Shown in pieces: positions 37,624-51,132 of a stretch of 64,000 bases of DNA. The position numbers and the translations under genes are program-made. The DNA is from Podarcis pityusensis. Taxonomy: Eukaryota. The stretch is from the NCBI GenBank assembly GCA_964106645.2, contig OZ067047.1. One strand, written 5' to 3'. The notes beneath the pieces were generated by a model. It did no database searches, had not been told where the DNA came from, and saw nothing but the letters and a program-made list of their open reading frames with translations. Position 1 is the stretch's first letter; each line of letters starts with the position of its first letter.

Positions 37624-38735
37624 TTCAGTACATCCAGAAATCACAGGATGGTTTAAAATATAAAACACAAAAATACAAAACATAACAAACAAAAACAAAC
37701 AAAATAATAACCCTCCTCATACAGTTTAAAAGGCCATAGATTGTTCACCGTAATTAGTCCAAGGTCTGGGAGAAGAGGAATGTTTTTGTGTGGTGCCTAA
37801 AGATATGTAACGAAGGTGCCAGGTGAGCGTTCCTGGGGAGAGCATTCCACAAGTGGGAAGTCACCACAGAAAAGGCCTGTTCTCGTGTTGCTGCCCTCCG
37901 GACATCTCATGGAGGAGACACACGAAAAAGAGCCTTTGATGATGATCACAGGGTCCTGGTCGTTGCATATGAGGAGAGGTGGTCTTTGAGGTATTGTGGT
38001 TCTGAGCTTTTAAAGGCTTTATACAGGCATGGGCAAACTCCGGCCCTCCAGATGTTTGGGAGCACAATTCCCATCATCTCTGACCACTGGTCCTGTTAGC
38101 TAGGGATGGTGGGAATTGTAGTCCCAAACAACTGGAGGGCCAGAGTTTGCCTTTGCCTGACTTTATATGTCAAAACCAGCACTCAGAATTGAGCCCAGAA
38201 ACTAACTGGCAGCCAGCACAGTTGGGCCAGGATTGGTGCTATATGTTCATGTGGTCTTGCCCCAGTAACAACCTGGCCCCTGAATTCTGCACCAGCTGAA
38301 GTTTCTGAACTGTCTTCAAAGGCAGTTGCAGTAATCTTACCTAGAGGTTACTGGAGCATAGACAACAGAGGTTAGGCTATCCCTGTCCACACAGGGGCAC
38401 ACTTGAGCCACCAGTCGAAGCTGATGGAAGGCACTCGCATGTCACCAGGGCCACCTGAGCTTCAAGGGACAGCAATGGATCCATGAGTACCCCCCAAGCT
38501 GTGTACCTGCTCCTTCAGAGAGTGTGTAACCCCATCAAGGGCAGGCATCCTCCAATCCATCCAGTCTGGGGAACCACCCACAAACAGTGCCTCAGTCTTA
38601 TCTGGATTGAGCTTCAGATGGATTGGCTCTCATCCAGTCCATTACCAAAGCAAGACAACGGTCCAGCACATCCACTGCCACACCTGCAGATGTAAGGAGA
38701 GGTAGACCTGTGTGTCATCAGCATATTGCTATCAC
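37581..38735 (-). mobile_element. L2 LINE 3' ~1.1 kb fragment with (TAT)n tail
   Basis: The minus strand encodes PHLWNALPRNAHLAPSLHIFRHHTKTFLFSQ (L2 ORF2 end), preceded by decayed RT-downstream sequence. Confidence 0.8.
38024..38159. mobile_element. hAT MITE nested in the L2
   Basis: TIRs CAGGCATGGGCAAACTC / GAGTTTGCCTTTGCCTG. 8-bp TSD GCTTTATA / ACTTTATA (7/8 match). Confidence 0.85.
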
Positions 38736-41700
38736 CAGTTGGCCATTAAGCTCACTTGGTGACCTTGGACCAGTCACTCACTCTCAGCCTAACCTACCTT
38801 ATGGGGTTGTTGTGGGGTTTAAATGAGGAGGTGAACCATGAAGCTACGGTACTTTGAGCTCCTTAGAGGAAGGGGTGGGATAGAAATGCAATGAATAAAT
38901 AAAAAATAAAAATTGCATTATTTTCTTCCCTTCCTTTTGTTTTAGTTTTATACTCACTTCTGGCTAAGTATTTCCTTGAGGTTTTCTAAGATTGTTTAGA
39001 CTAGGGCTGGGCAGCCTGTGGTCTTTCAGATGTTGCTGAGTCCAGCAAGTGTAGCCAATGTTCAGGTTCTGCACCCCTGATTCATACAGAATTCCAATCT
39101 TCTGCACCAAGTAAAGCATTTACAGCTGATAATACCATACCCTTCACATTAATTTACAAGGTTTAGAGCTTATTAGCGTTCCTTAGTTGCGTAGATTAGG
39201 AGTTTCAAAATTAGGATGTATTTTTGATGCAGTCAGAAGCAGTACAAAACAGATATATATTAAAGGGATTTAAAAATAATTTTTAAGAACAATACTTATT
39301 TGTGCAATAGGAGCATCCCAAATCTGCTAACTGACTTTAAATTTCTGACTTGAAGCCTATGTTCAAACTTTGGTCACATTTTAGGGCAATCCAGCTACAA
39401 TGACTTAAGAAAACTTGGTACTGTACTTCCAAAATTCTGAAACTTTGAGGTTAAACCTCCTTAAGGGACAGAACCTCACTCTAATGTATGACAAGCAATC
39501 TGCAGCTCATGAGAAATGTTCATCAGCTTTCAGGTTTAGTTTTAACAGATAGTTTTTTGTTCTCATTAAATCGCTACTTAACTTCAAGACAGGATGACCT
39601 AATTGGCAGAGTTTGGGGAGACATAGCAGTATTGATATTGGGAAGAAAGTTGTTCAGGATGATCATTTAGGCCTTTGCAACTTGACGGTGTCATGGAAAC
39701 ATTGCAGAGTTTGTGAGGAACTAGCAAGTTGCTTTTTTGCTGCTCTGTCAAATATTCTTCATTTGTGTGTATGTGATTTGATGGAGAATTTGTTCCAAGC
39801 GATATGGCTGCTGGGCTATTTAGTTATTAAGTTTTCTGTTCTCGGGAGAGAGAGAAGAGGTTAAGGAGCTTTCTGTGGGATATAAGGGTTTTAGCACCTC
39901 AAGTGGGATCCTGCACCTTACAGGACTGAGCCCTAGGCAACTAGTGTTGACAAGGCTGCAAGGATCAGTTTGCATCTTGGCATTGCTGCTTAGCGCTGGA
40001 GGACAATAACGTATGAAGTATCCTACCCAAAATAGCTGTACCAAATGTGCACACGAATGTGAGAGAACCTAAATCTGCACCCAAACTACCGCCAGCCTGC
40101 CTTGTAAAGTATCCTGTTTGCCGTACAGACAGCTGACATATATCTTAACATCAATTCTGTTAGAGATGGTATGACACTGGAGATAGTACTGACTTTTATT
40201 TATTAGTTTAAAACATTACCCTTCATTGCAAACCAATCTCAGAGCAAGTTGTGATTAAAACCGAAGCATAGAAGACAGGGATAGGGGATCTAACGTCAGG
40301 GAGCTAAATGTTGCCCTCGAGGCCTCTCTGTTTGACCCCTGTAATTCTCCCCAGGCCATGTACACATAAACCTTGAGTGCTTTTGTTTGTGTCCTTGAAC
40401 TGTGATAATGTCTCTTGCTTGCCTGGAAGGAGGATGGAGAGATGTGTGCTTGTGTGTGCATAGAAACCTCTGGCATTTGCATGGTTGAAATGTAACTACT
40501 CTACAAAGAGAAGATTCACACCCATTGCTCTGCTTACTTTTGTATCAGTCCCCTGCCCACCATTACTGGTATGGTGGTCATTTTTCATGGATAACCACTA
40601 AAAGGTGGCCCTTGAACTAAACAGGCATGTTCCCACTCCAATCTGCCATATTTAAAACCAATGTTTTATTTTTTTAAAAAAGAGGCAGGAAAAAACAAGC
40701 AACAATTAATCACCAAACACAAAGCAACAATAACCAATGACCTCAACACTAATATATCATAAACTTGAGTTTTGAGCTGGCACAAAACATTCATAACAGT
40801 TGGGTCCAACCAAATCTCAAAGGAGAGGTTTGCATATCTCCACCAAGAAGGCCTTCAACCTCACTGCCATATAGAAAGCTTTGTCCAGCTGAGACATGGC
40901 CAGGAGAGCCACCACAAAGATTTCAACACCTGGACTATGTGGGAGTAGGTGTTCTTTTTAATATCCAGCACCTTGAACCTGACTTGGTAAAATGTTATTT
41001 TATAAAAATCTATTTTGCAGCATGTAGGCAAAGATATATTTTGGCTGACCTGTGGGTTGTTTAACTTGCCGAGTTGATTAAAGCTGTGTGTAAAGTTGAT
41101 TGCAGAAGAGAATGTTACCTCAGCAAGGCAGGAAGGCTTATGTTCCTATGATGTTTTAATGCTTCCCCATTAAAATATCATCAGAACATAAGCCTTTCTG
41201 CTTTATGAGAGCCTCACCATTGGGTCCATCTAGCTCAGATAAATATATGATTGGATCAAAATGTTTCTGTTTCTGGCTTTCGGACACCCCACCCAAAATA
41301 TCTCTTTTATCTTCTGAGTGTTCAGTTGCCATTGTTGAGAGATTATTATTAGGCTTCTTAATCATAACCTTTATAAGTGTCATAAAAGCCCTTCCCAGTT
41401 AAAAAAGAGATCATGTCATTTGAGATTGTTAGGGTCCCAAGATGGCTACTTAATTTTGCATTAGAGCACAGGCATTAACTTTTTCCAGGGTGAATGTTAT
41501 ATTCCTGGGAGGAGGAATGGTCAGGCTACACAGTGAGGTCAGCAGGCAGGGCCAAGCAAAAGGGAAGGGGTACCCCTTTTCTTTCTCTTCTCTTTGTTCT
41601 CTCTCACCTTTATGCATCATCCATCTATTTTATTTCTCTCCCCCACACACATATACAAACACCCACTGGCACAAGAACCCCAGCACCAAATGGAAACTGC

Positions 41701-44018
41701 TAAATGCACAAAAGTATACATTTCCTACAAAAGAAGGAAGTGGCACAATGCCCCAGAAATTTCTCCTATATAGCTTTGGATGCAGTTGATTTCAGATTTG
41801 AACCCTGGTGGCGCTAGCTTTAAAAAAAAAAAAAAAAAAAAAAGGAGCAGGAAGCAGGTCATAGAAGAAGACACTTCTCTGCTGCTGATCAGAGTACATA
41901 ATAATAGGCTAGACAAAAACAGTTTGACCTGGAATAGGGCCTCTTTTTGTGTTCCATTGAAATGAGATTTATGAGTACACCAGCCTATTTCCAGTCTAGT
42001 TTATCTTTTGTCAAAGTGGGCCTAATACCACACAACCATGTCTATGCAGATCATAGATCTTTGGTGTTGGCTGTCTAGTTTTAACATGAAAAAAGAAGAA
42101 ATAGCCCTAAAGAAAAGGTTAAAAGTACTATAGAGTTCCCCAGATAGTACTGCTTTCAGCTCTCCAGATAACGATACTACTGTTCATATCTTTAACCCCC
42201 ACTGAACAGTGTTGTGTTGTTGTTTTGAAAAGAATCTGTGTTAAATTCTTTTTGGCAATTTGCCTCCATAGTAGATCCAATTGCAGACAGAGGGCCTGCA
42301 TTCTGCCACAACACATAGGCAGTCTCTGCCACATTCAAATATTTTCATTTCCACCACCTCCCACACTTCCTTCCGTGATATCAGGTTAATGCTGACCTTC
42401 AACCTCCCACTCTTTGCTTCTCATGTGTTCTCCTTTTTCAGCTTGGAAATGAATCCCAGTGAACAATAGCCACCTTAAGTTAACATCTTGCCTATTTTTA
42501 CAAATTTAGTGAGCAAGCAAGATGTTGGCATTTATTCCACCATCCAGAGCTATGTCACACACTTCTACGGGTTTGTAAGAAAAATGGAACACTTCCTATT
42601 TTTCTTTCATATCATTGTCATCATTTGGTTTCAAAAGTATTTTCCTGTGTGTGGTGTGTGGGGGTGTGTGTATGCCTGCCACTTGACAAACATAACTGGA
42701 AGGCTCAGCTGGGCATGCAGAGTATGGCTGTTTAGTCTGTGGTGTGAAGTCATAATCCTTTATCCATTTCCCCCCAGGGAAGGGTTGTATCTCAGTGGTA
42801 GAACAACTGTCCTGCATGCATTCAATCCCTGACATCTCTAGGTAGGGCTGGGAAAGTCATTTTCTCTTCCTTTTAGAAGGAAAACCAGGTATTAACGTTT
42901 GAATGGACTGCAGATGCACCCAGAAATGAAGCCTGAGAAAGAAAGCAATGTCTTCTTGGAGTGAAATTATTCCTACTTTTAGGCAAGGCTGGCCCTTCCA
43001 CCAGGCAGGGGGAGGTGGCTTCCTCAAGCAGCAGGTGCAGGTGTGTTTAGAGAGTGGCAGTGACATGTCGGAGGACAGAATTGTGTGCCAGACAGCCTGC
43101 TTTGTGCTCCTTAAGTTAGCCTGCTGTGTTTGAGGACCTTGTGTTATCACGAGATTCAGCTGCCTGTCTGGTGAGTTTCTGTGCATGGACAGCAGAGGTG
43201 GAGGGAGAAGCTCCATCTTGTCCTTTGCCTTAGGCACCAAAACGTCTTGGGCTGCCTCTGTCTTAGGCAGAGATTGCCTTTCACAAAAAGCAGTATGGAG
43301 GATACATCATAGTGCAAAGCACTTGAGTTCAACTCTTAGCATAGTAAGGGAGGGCAGCAACAAATGCAAACCACCTTGGTATTAGTAAAAGAATTAAATG
43401 ATTCACGCTGGTTTAGTAAAAAGCTATTTTACAGTAAAAAGTAAATCCAGAAATCAAAACTGAACGCTTTGAGAGGTTCTTGAAAATGTTTGTTTATATT
43501 GTCCTTTTTTTACTGGAAGAAACGTGCACAATTCAATTGACATTGTATTTGAAGTGGATAAGGAAGTTCCTGTACTGAGTTTTTGGCTTTACGAAGCCCA
43601 TTAAAATCCCATCTGAAACAAAAACAAAAAAGAAAAGAAAAGAAAAGAAACATGTGACGGATAGCTTCATTTTCAGAACACTAGAGGGTGCTCTTTATGA
43701 ACAGGACAGCTCACAAAAGCTGCTTTTATGCTTCCTTTTGATGCAGCTGTTGGGCAGATAACTAGTCAATTAATTCCCTTCACCTTCATAATCCCTAAAT
43801 ATAATGCTTAAACAAGGTCTTTGGGTGTGTTTTAAAAAATATACTGCACCACGTCTCTCTTCTTCAGTGGTAGGGTATCTGCTTTGTGTGCCATCGGTCC
43901 CCGGTTCAATTCTCATCTTCTCCAGGGTTGAGAGAGAAGCCTGCCTGAAATGGTTGAGAGCTGCTGCTAGTCAGCATAGACAAAAATGACCTAGATGGAC
44001 CAATGGTCTGACTGAGTA

Positions 44019-44203
44019 CAGGCAACTCCCCATTTGCGCACGTTCAATATGTGACCCAAAAAGTGACCAAAAAACATCACAGAGCAGGGTGGGAGCAGAT
44101 CGGGTGTTTGCAGGCTTTTTCAATGGTGTTTCAAATATACAGGATTTCACTGAAATGTGCGGTGCCTCAGAACGTAACCGCCACATAAATGGGAGGTTGC
44201 CTG
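44019..44203. mobile_element. Tc1/mariner-type MITE nested in a tRNA SINE
   Basis: TIRs CAGGCAACTCCCCATTT / AAATGGGAGGTTGCCTG with TA TSD. Interrupts the SINE 3' sequence gtctgactgagta|taagg. Confidence 0.8.
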
Positions 44204-46965
44204 TATAAGGCTTCTTCCCATCATCCTATGTACCCCTTAAGGAATGCATTCACAGATAGGGGTTGCTGTTAGATCTAGCTTTGCTTATGAACACTTACTT
44301 GGAATCAGTACCACAGAGCACTTTTGGCAAGTTGGTATACCATCTACAGCATTTCCTGGATAACCATAATCCTGCCTCAGTTTTTATGTCTTAACATCAA
44401 CACTGGCCCGTGTTACATACGGAGCTGCCTGTGAAAAGCATACAGGAACCTCAACTGGTTCAGAGCCCAGCAATCATGTTATTATTAACCAGGGTCCAAC
44501 GTGATGAATGTATCTCATTTATATTAAGATGTTTTCATGGCTTCCAGGTTGTTCTTGCAATCGGGGCACAATTTAGAGCACTGATATGATGTGCTCTAAA
44601 TGGCCTAGGGAATCTGAAGGACTGTTTGATAAAGCAAGGAAAGATCATTAGATCAAGGTCAGTAACCTTGATATTTGTAAGATAGGTCCACCAACTTCCT
44701 GACAGTCTTCCTAGTTTGGGACTTCCACACACCTGCCATTCCAAAGCAAGCTTCCAATAAATCTTACTTGTGGCTATAGTCTTCTATTTTTAATTTTTTA
44801 AAAGTGTACCTAGGTTACCATTATACTGAGTCCTGACTCTTTCTAATAAGAAAAAGTTTGCAATAACAAAACAGCTTTCTGCAGCCTGCAGAATATCCTG
44901 GGCCAAGAACTCAAGCAGTGAAGGTAAAAGCAGGCAGTGAATTTTTCACTTTTGTGTCAACTGCTGGCCAATAGTACTGTGACATGAATTATATAGCAGC
45001 AGTACATAGAAATAATGATATCATAGAACTACATGCAGGGTACACGTGTACCAGGCCCCAAGCCAAGAGGGTGCCAGGCTTCCTGATTTTTGTTTTTAAA
45101 AAAGAAGTAAACCAACTGGACATCTATTTAAAAAGTTAGGAAACAAAACATGGAGGCAATGTTCTCAGGCAAATATACTCCTGTTGCTAAGGGTAATCAT
45201 TTAATCAATGTTGCAAAGCACTGGAGGAAGGAATGCTGACCACCCTCACCTGGGACATGGGAGCGGGGGCCTCCCTGAGCAGCTAAAAAAACCAAGCAAA
45301 GCTCATTGTTGCTGGTAGCCTGAAGCAGGACTTAGGAGAAAAGACCACCTGCCTACTGGGGTATGTTTGTTAGCTGAAGTACTTTCCTCTTTGTCCACAT
45401 TATTTCATTATTTTGCCAAGTGTGTTGCCTTTACAGTAAAAAACACAATTGACCATCTTGGGTATGTTGAAATACATGAAGCTTCCTTCATATTGACATT
45501 ACATTGTCCCCTCTTCCCTAGTTTTCCATGTTCCCCTCACAGCCATTACTGGTCTGCTTGTCACTTTTACATTATTATTCATTAATATAATTACATAAAA
45601 AATATACAGTAAAATGAATCTGCAAATTTCAAACACCTTAAATACTGTAGCATTAAAATTCCTACAGACTGTACTTTAACACGAGGATAATTTTTTGGTT
45701 CATCAGGGTTGGCAAAATGGTTTTTGTGAAATGGCACATGTTCAGAGTATTTGCTGCTTGTTGTATATTTGTATTTTGCTTTTCTTCCCAGGAGCTCAAG
45801 ATGGCATACATTTGTCCTCCCCTCTCACCTTTTAGCTTCACAATAGCCCTGTGAAGTAGGCTAGGATGAGAGTTAGTAGTTCAGATATCAAACTTATGAA
45901 ACTGCACACATTTAAGAGTATTGGTGTAATTTATCAGGTTTGGTGAATTTTGTTTTGCCTTGGTATTTTGCTGTAAATAACATATGAGATGTTGTTCAAG
46001 CAAGGGGGCTGATTTTTTGACTTTGTGCATTTTAATTTGTCTATACATTATCTATTTGTCTTTACATGATCTTGCGTTTCTTCTCAGGAGTTCAAGGTTG
46101 CGTATATTATCCGTTCATCCTCACATTTTTATCTTTGCAACCTGTGAGGTATGCTAGCCTAAGTTAATATGTGTGCTTAAGCAGCAGTTCTTGCCACTAG
46201 ATTGCTGGGACCAGGGACTCAAGAGGGAGAGCTGGAGGTGGCTCCCCCTCCCCCCACATGAGGTAGTCACCTCACTTTGCCTTGTGGTATGGCAGGTCCT
46301 GGCAACAGCACAACCAAGCTTAGCCCTGCTCTCCTTCTCAATAAAGTTCAAGTGCTTGAGAAATGAATGAGTGACTAGCGCTTTAGCGATTCAGCAGTTG
46401 AGTAGAATGCCACCTGCCCATTTCCCCTTAAATCTCAAAATGAAGAAAATGCTAAAGATCTTACATAAAATGTCTTACATGATTTAATGATGACTTAAAA
46501 TTCTAGAAGTCACCTGGAATATTCCTCAGGCAGCCAGCTCTTTTTGCAGTGTGGCTGATAAAATTTGTGGCTGTTTTCTTGTTGTGACAACCTCTTTTAC
46601 AAAAAGTAGTAACTAGAAGTGAGCATCATGCCCTTATTCAGAACTCACCAGTTCCTGGTTATCTGTGAGGTTATCATTTCCTTCCACATCTTGCATGCAT
46701 TGGTTCCCTTTGAGTACAGAATTGGAGAAAACAACTCTGCTTTACAGTATTCATGGTTGCTCTGTTTAAACAAGGGCTGGCCACCAGTAACCTCCTTTTG
46801 CAAGCATTGCTTAGAAAACCCATTCACTATACAGGCATAATAAGAAAGGGCATGTTTATAATACAGATAAATAGATTTGTCAGTCATTTCCTTTCCCCCC
46901 CCAAGAGTCCTGGGAAATGAAGTCCTGTGAGGTGAGGAACAATTTCTAACAGTCCACTACAGTTT

Positions 46966-47245
46966 GCAGCATGGTGTAGTGGTTAAGAGCGGTGGACTCG
47001 TAATCCAGTGAACCGGGTTCGCTTCCCTGCTCCTCCACATGCAGCTGCTGGGTGACCTTGGGCTAGTCACACTTCTCTGAAGTCTCTCAGCCTCACTCAC
47101 CTCAGAGTGTTTGTTGTGGGGGAGGAAGGAAAAGGAGATTGTTAGCTGCTTTGAGACTCCTTAAGGAGAGTAAAAGGCAGGATATCAAGTCCAAACTCCT
47201 CCCTCTCCTCCTCCTCCTCCTCCTCCTCCTCCTCCTCTTCTTCCT
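46966..47245 (+). mobile_element. tRNA-derived SINE with (TCC)n tail
   Basis: gcagcatggtgtagtggttaagagc..gggttcgcttccc..ctgggtgaccttgggctagtcac..gctttgagactcc..gatatcaagtccaaactc, then a CCT repeat. Confidence 0.85.
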
Positions 47246-47876
47246 TTAGGGGAAGCAATGGTAGTTAAAATGTCACAGACCTGATATAGGCTTGTAGTGT
47301 GGCTACAGAGTCAATTATATGCTGATATTCTTCAGGAATACAGAAGTGGTGCAAAAGCAGCAGTGGAGAGGCCTTCAGCCATGTAAAAAGTCATTCAGAA
47401 TCACTGTGGAGATCACAGCTCACTGTCATACTTATTTTTTCTTGCACTAGATGGTGCCTGAATTTTTTCTTTAGTAAGTAACTGTTAGAGATGTGCTGCG
47501 AAATGCTAGCTGAGATAAGAATCCGGGAATCCAGCCATATTTACAGTGATTTATTGGTAGCTTCAAAGTATTTACAAAGTTCAAAGAAACGACATCATCA
47601 CGATCAGTCAGTTGCCTCGAATGGCTCTTTCCATTTCTTCCCCCAGCAGATCCACCTCCTAAAGCCCAGCCCCCCTTCTTCCTCTGCTCTGAGAGTGGCT
47701 GGGTCCCGGAAACTGCTCCCCCCTCTCAGATTCATTACCTCCCGACATCCCTTTGTCTTCTTCCTCTTCCGAAGAAGAGCAACTGCTAATTAAAGGCACA
47801 GGATCTCTGTAAGTGCCCATTCTCTCCCCCCTCTCCTCCTTCTCTGCCTCCAATTCCCTGACAGTAACCATTATAT

Positions 47877-48392
47877 TGCTGCATGGCACCCCAAGGTGAT
47901 ATTCCAGGGGTTCCAGGTACGCAGGAGTTCCAGATGTGAATAAGGCACAGCAGAGACTGTGGTGTCTTTATGATACATCTTTTGTTTACACATATATGCA
48001 ACCTGAGTGTATGATAGAGGGGTTCACAGTATAATCCCCCAAGAAGGTCTTGTTTCTCCGATAGTCGCAACCTCTGGCAAAGGTAGAGTTTGAAGTAGAG
48101 TTTTAGAGTTGACTGTGATGTGACCTAGGGTGAGAAAGGTTGCAAGTTGAAAAAGGCTGAGGCAGAGCATGATGTTTGCTTTCAGTTTGAATCCAAAGTA
48201 GCAAAACCACAAAACCCTCTAGGGGTGATTATGCTGTGAACCCCTCCATCGTAGGTTCAGGTTGTAAATAAACTATATATGATAAAGACACCACAGTCTC
48301 CACTGTGCCTCATTCCCAAAAGGAGACTCTGGGTAAGCCCCCTGGAGCCCTAGAAATCTTGTACTACTCAGAGACTGAGGTGGCATGCAACA
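47877..48392. mobile_element. Unclassified fold-back element with long inverted arms, TG...CA ends and ATAT flanks
   Basis: ATAT|TGCTGCATGGCACC ... GGTGGCATGCAACA|ATAT. Perfect 19-bp inverted match 47953-47971 vs 48282-48300, and 13-bp match 48017-48029 vs 48234-48246. Confidence 0.65.
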
Positions 48393-48719
48393 ATATCTAT
48401 TTATTTATTAAAATTAGTCTTTTCACCTCTCACTTCCGAGAACTGTATAGGATTGCAATGTGCGAGAGGTTGTTATTAACTTCAGTGCAAACTGGAAAAC
48501 ATATCAAACATATCATTAACTTTAGTGGGGCTTTCTCCCTGGTAAGTGGCTATAAAATTGCAGTCATGTTGACTTTTGCAGTTTCTGCATTGACAAATGA
48601 ATGAATCTGATTTTTCTTAATGAGTCCTGGTTGTTGGGAGAATCAGTCATGCACTGGATCCTTTCAAATGAACCTGTTCTTTTGGCAAATTCACGTGACT
48701 AATAGTGCACGCCTAGTCA

Positions 48720-49086
48720 GGACGCGGGTGGCGCTGTGGGTAAAACCTCAGCGCCTAGGACTTGCCGATCGCATGGTCGGCGGTTCGAATCCCCGCAGCG
48801 GGGTGCGCTCCCATTGCTCGGTCCCAGTGCCTGCCAACCTAGCAGTTCGAAAGCACCCCCGGGTGCAAGTAGATAAATAGGGACCGCTTTATAGCGGGAA
48901 GGTAAACGGCGTTCCGTGTGCTGCTCTGGTGCCGGTTCGCTGGAGCAGCTTCGTCACGCTGGCCACGTGACCCGGAAGTGTCTGCGGACAGCGCTGGCTC
49001 CCGGCCTATAGAGTGAGATGAGCGCACAACCCTAGAGTCTGTCAAGACTGGCCCGTATGGGCAGGGGTACCTTTACCTTTACCTTT
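48720..49086 (+). mobile_element. Full-length Sauria SINE
   Basis: ggacgcgggtggcgctgtgg (A box), ggttcgaatccc (B box) and an (ACCTTT)n tail. TSD TAGTCAG at 48714-48720 and 49086-49092. Many CpGs retained. Confidence 0.92.
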
Positions 49087-50723
49087 AGTCAGAAATATGT
49101 CCTGTTGAACTCAGTGGGGCTTACTCTCAAATAAGTGGGGTTAGGATTGTAGCCTAAGATGGGAAATTTAGGCTGCAGTTCTGTGCCTGCTGACCTGGAA
49201 GTATAACTGAGTGCAATGGACATCTCAACACAGATGGGATTGGGTTATGAGTAGTGTCATTTTTCTAGAAAAAGGGGTACTGGAACTCACCATGAACATT
49301 TCCTTTGTTTTCTTAAAATGCCAATGGTGTCCACCTGAGAGGTGCCAGCTGGGGGGGGGGGGGGACCCTGCTTATGAAAATGTATACTGAATGGATCTTT
49401 GCAAAGATGGTAGAGTGTTAGCAAGCTTCACCCAACATCCAGCCTGAAATCCGCACATCTAACCTGAAAGTATTTTTCCCTATCTTAGTCGTGTAATTCT
49501 ATTTAATTGTAAAGGCATGGCAACCGCAAAAATCAATTGAAATGAAGTAGAAAGCTATTTCATATTTTGAACAGATAGGGATATATAATTAACAGCTTGC
49601 TAATATTTCTAATAGAAATTCAAGCAGATGAGTTGTGGCTTACTGCATACATATAAATCAACACATAATGAATTCTGGGAACAAGGCCCCTTGGGTAACC
49701 TGGCCCTTTGGGTAAATCTGGATCCATAATCCGCTCCTTGGCAGTGCTAAGACATGAAAGCATTTCTGTGTATACATCTATGTAACAGCTGTGCTTTCAC
49801 TGTCTTAGTTTGATGATACTCCTGCTAGTCTTATTGCAGCAATGGGTAAATTTCCAGCCTTGTTGCATAGATGGTTGTCTTCAGCTCAGTTGTCCCATAT
49901 CTGAAAAAGAAACTGTTCTTTTCCTTATTGCCCTGTGGCAGGTGCTAGGAGGTAGGCTTTCCTTCTGCAGCACAAGGACCCCTACAATTCTTCTTATATA
50001 TTTATAATTGTTTTAGTCATTTTCTATTTTTACACTGAAGAACCTTTCCTGGCTTGATCTGTATTGACATTTCACCAACCTTGGCAGCTGAAGAGGTTCA
50101 TCATGATTCAATGAGGAAAACTTCTCTCCCGTGGTGATGGAATGCTTTGTCAGGCATTCAGCTCAAAGATTTGATCCATAGTATAGTTCCTCACAACACC
50201 TAGCCAGGGAGCCTTATAAGGCAATTGGATGGCAGAGAATGGCATCTGGGAACTCCATAGAGCATGCTGGATCAGGAAAGAACAGAGCAGCCGCCACAGT
50301 TTGATGTCCACTTGTCTTTTTATTCTTGGCAGAAAAGTCCATCTTGAGAGATTTATTAGCCTTGGAGACTGTGGGCTGTTAGGTGTTTTCTTACTGGACT
50401 TCCTCAGAAGTGAAGCTGACAGCCAAGGATGTCTTGTTGCTGGTAGATCAAGGGCAACTTGAAAGAGGGAATTTGTTGGAGATGTGTTCCTGCCTTCTTA
50501 AATTTGGCAGGTGGGGTGGATACTGGCAGCATGTCTTTTGCCTCATGTTCCAACCATCCCCTTTTACCAAGGAGCAGTCCCTATTTTCTGGTGTCTCTTC
50601 CTAGTAAAATGACCACTGTTTTGTTTTTGCCTTTGTTGGATGAATAGTTAACATTTCTTAGCATGAGAGGTTACTGTTGTCAATCTTCAGGTTTCAGAGG
50701 TGTCACTACATGCATATCCATGC

Positions 50724-51132
50724 CAGGGATGAGGGATAAATTCAGCTGAATTTATAAAATTTCTGAAACAAGATGAAAGCCGAAAACAGCCATCCTTCAA
50801 AATTGGCTCTAATCTGAAATGTCCCGTGCAGTTTTCCAGCCAAACAATGTTTACGAAAATGTGTATATTAAGGGAAAGTGTGGATAAAAATGAATATATT
50901 GGTAAAAATAACATACAAAAATGCATTGTATCCGGGGATACAACTTTCAAAAATGGGTACATTAATCAAAACTGCATACAAAAATGTGTTTATCAGGAGA
51001 TATTCACATAAAATGCTGGTGAATTTTCACAGGGATTTTAAAACAGAAAATTTGCAAATGTGTATAAACAAATTTAAGATTGGGAAAATGAGAAGCTGTG
51101 AGCACTGAAATACACAAACCCTTCCATCGCTA
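50724..51132. mobile_element. AT-rich non-autonomous DNA-transposon-like element
   Basis: Ends cagggatg / catcgcta, with internal repeated aaaatgtgt and aaaatgcat motifs. Confidence 0.45.

Larger units (their letters stand above)
37521..38895 (+). mobile_element. MIR-like SINE split by an L2 insertion (head 37521-37581, body ~38741-38895)
   Basis: The head ends at gggttcaaat and the body resumes at gccattaagctcacttggtgaccttgg, collinear with the intact copy at 28463. Confidence 0.8.
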
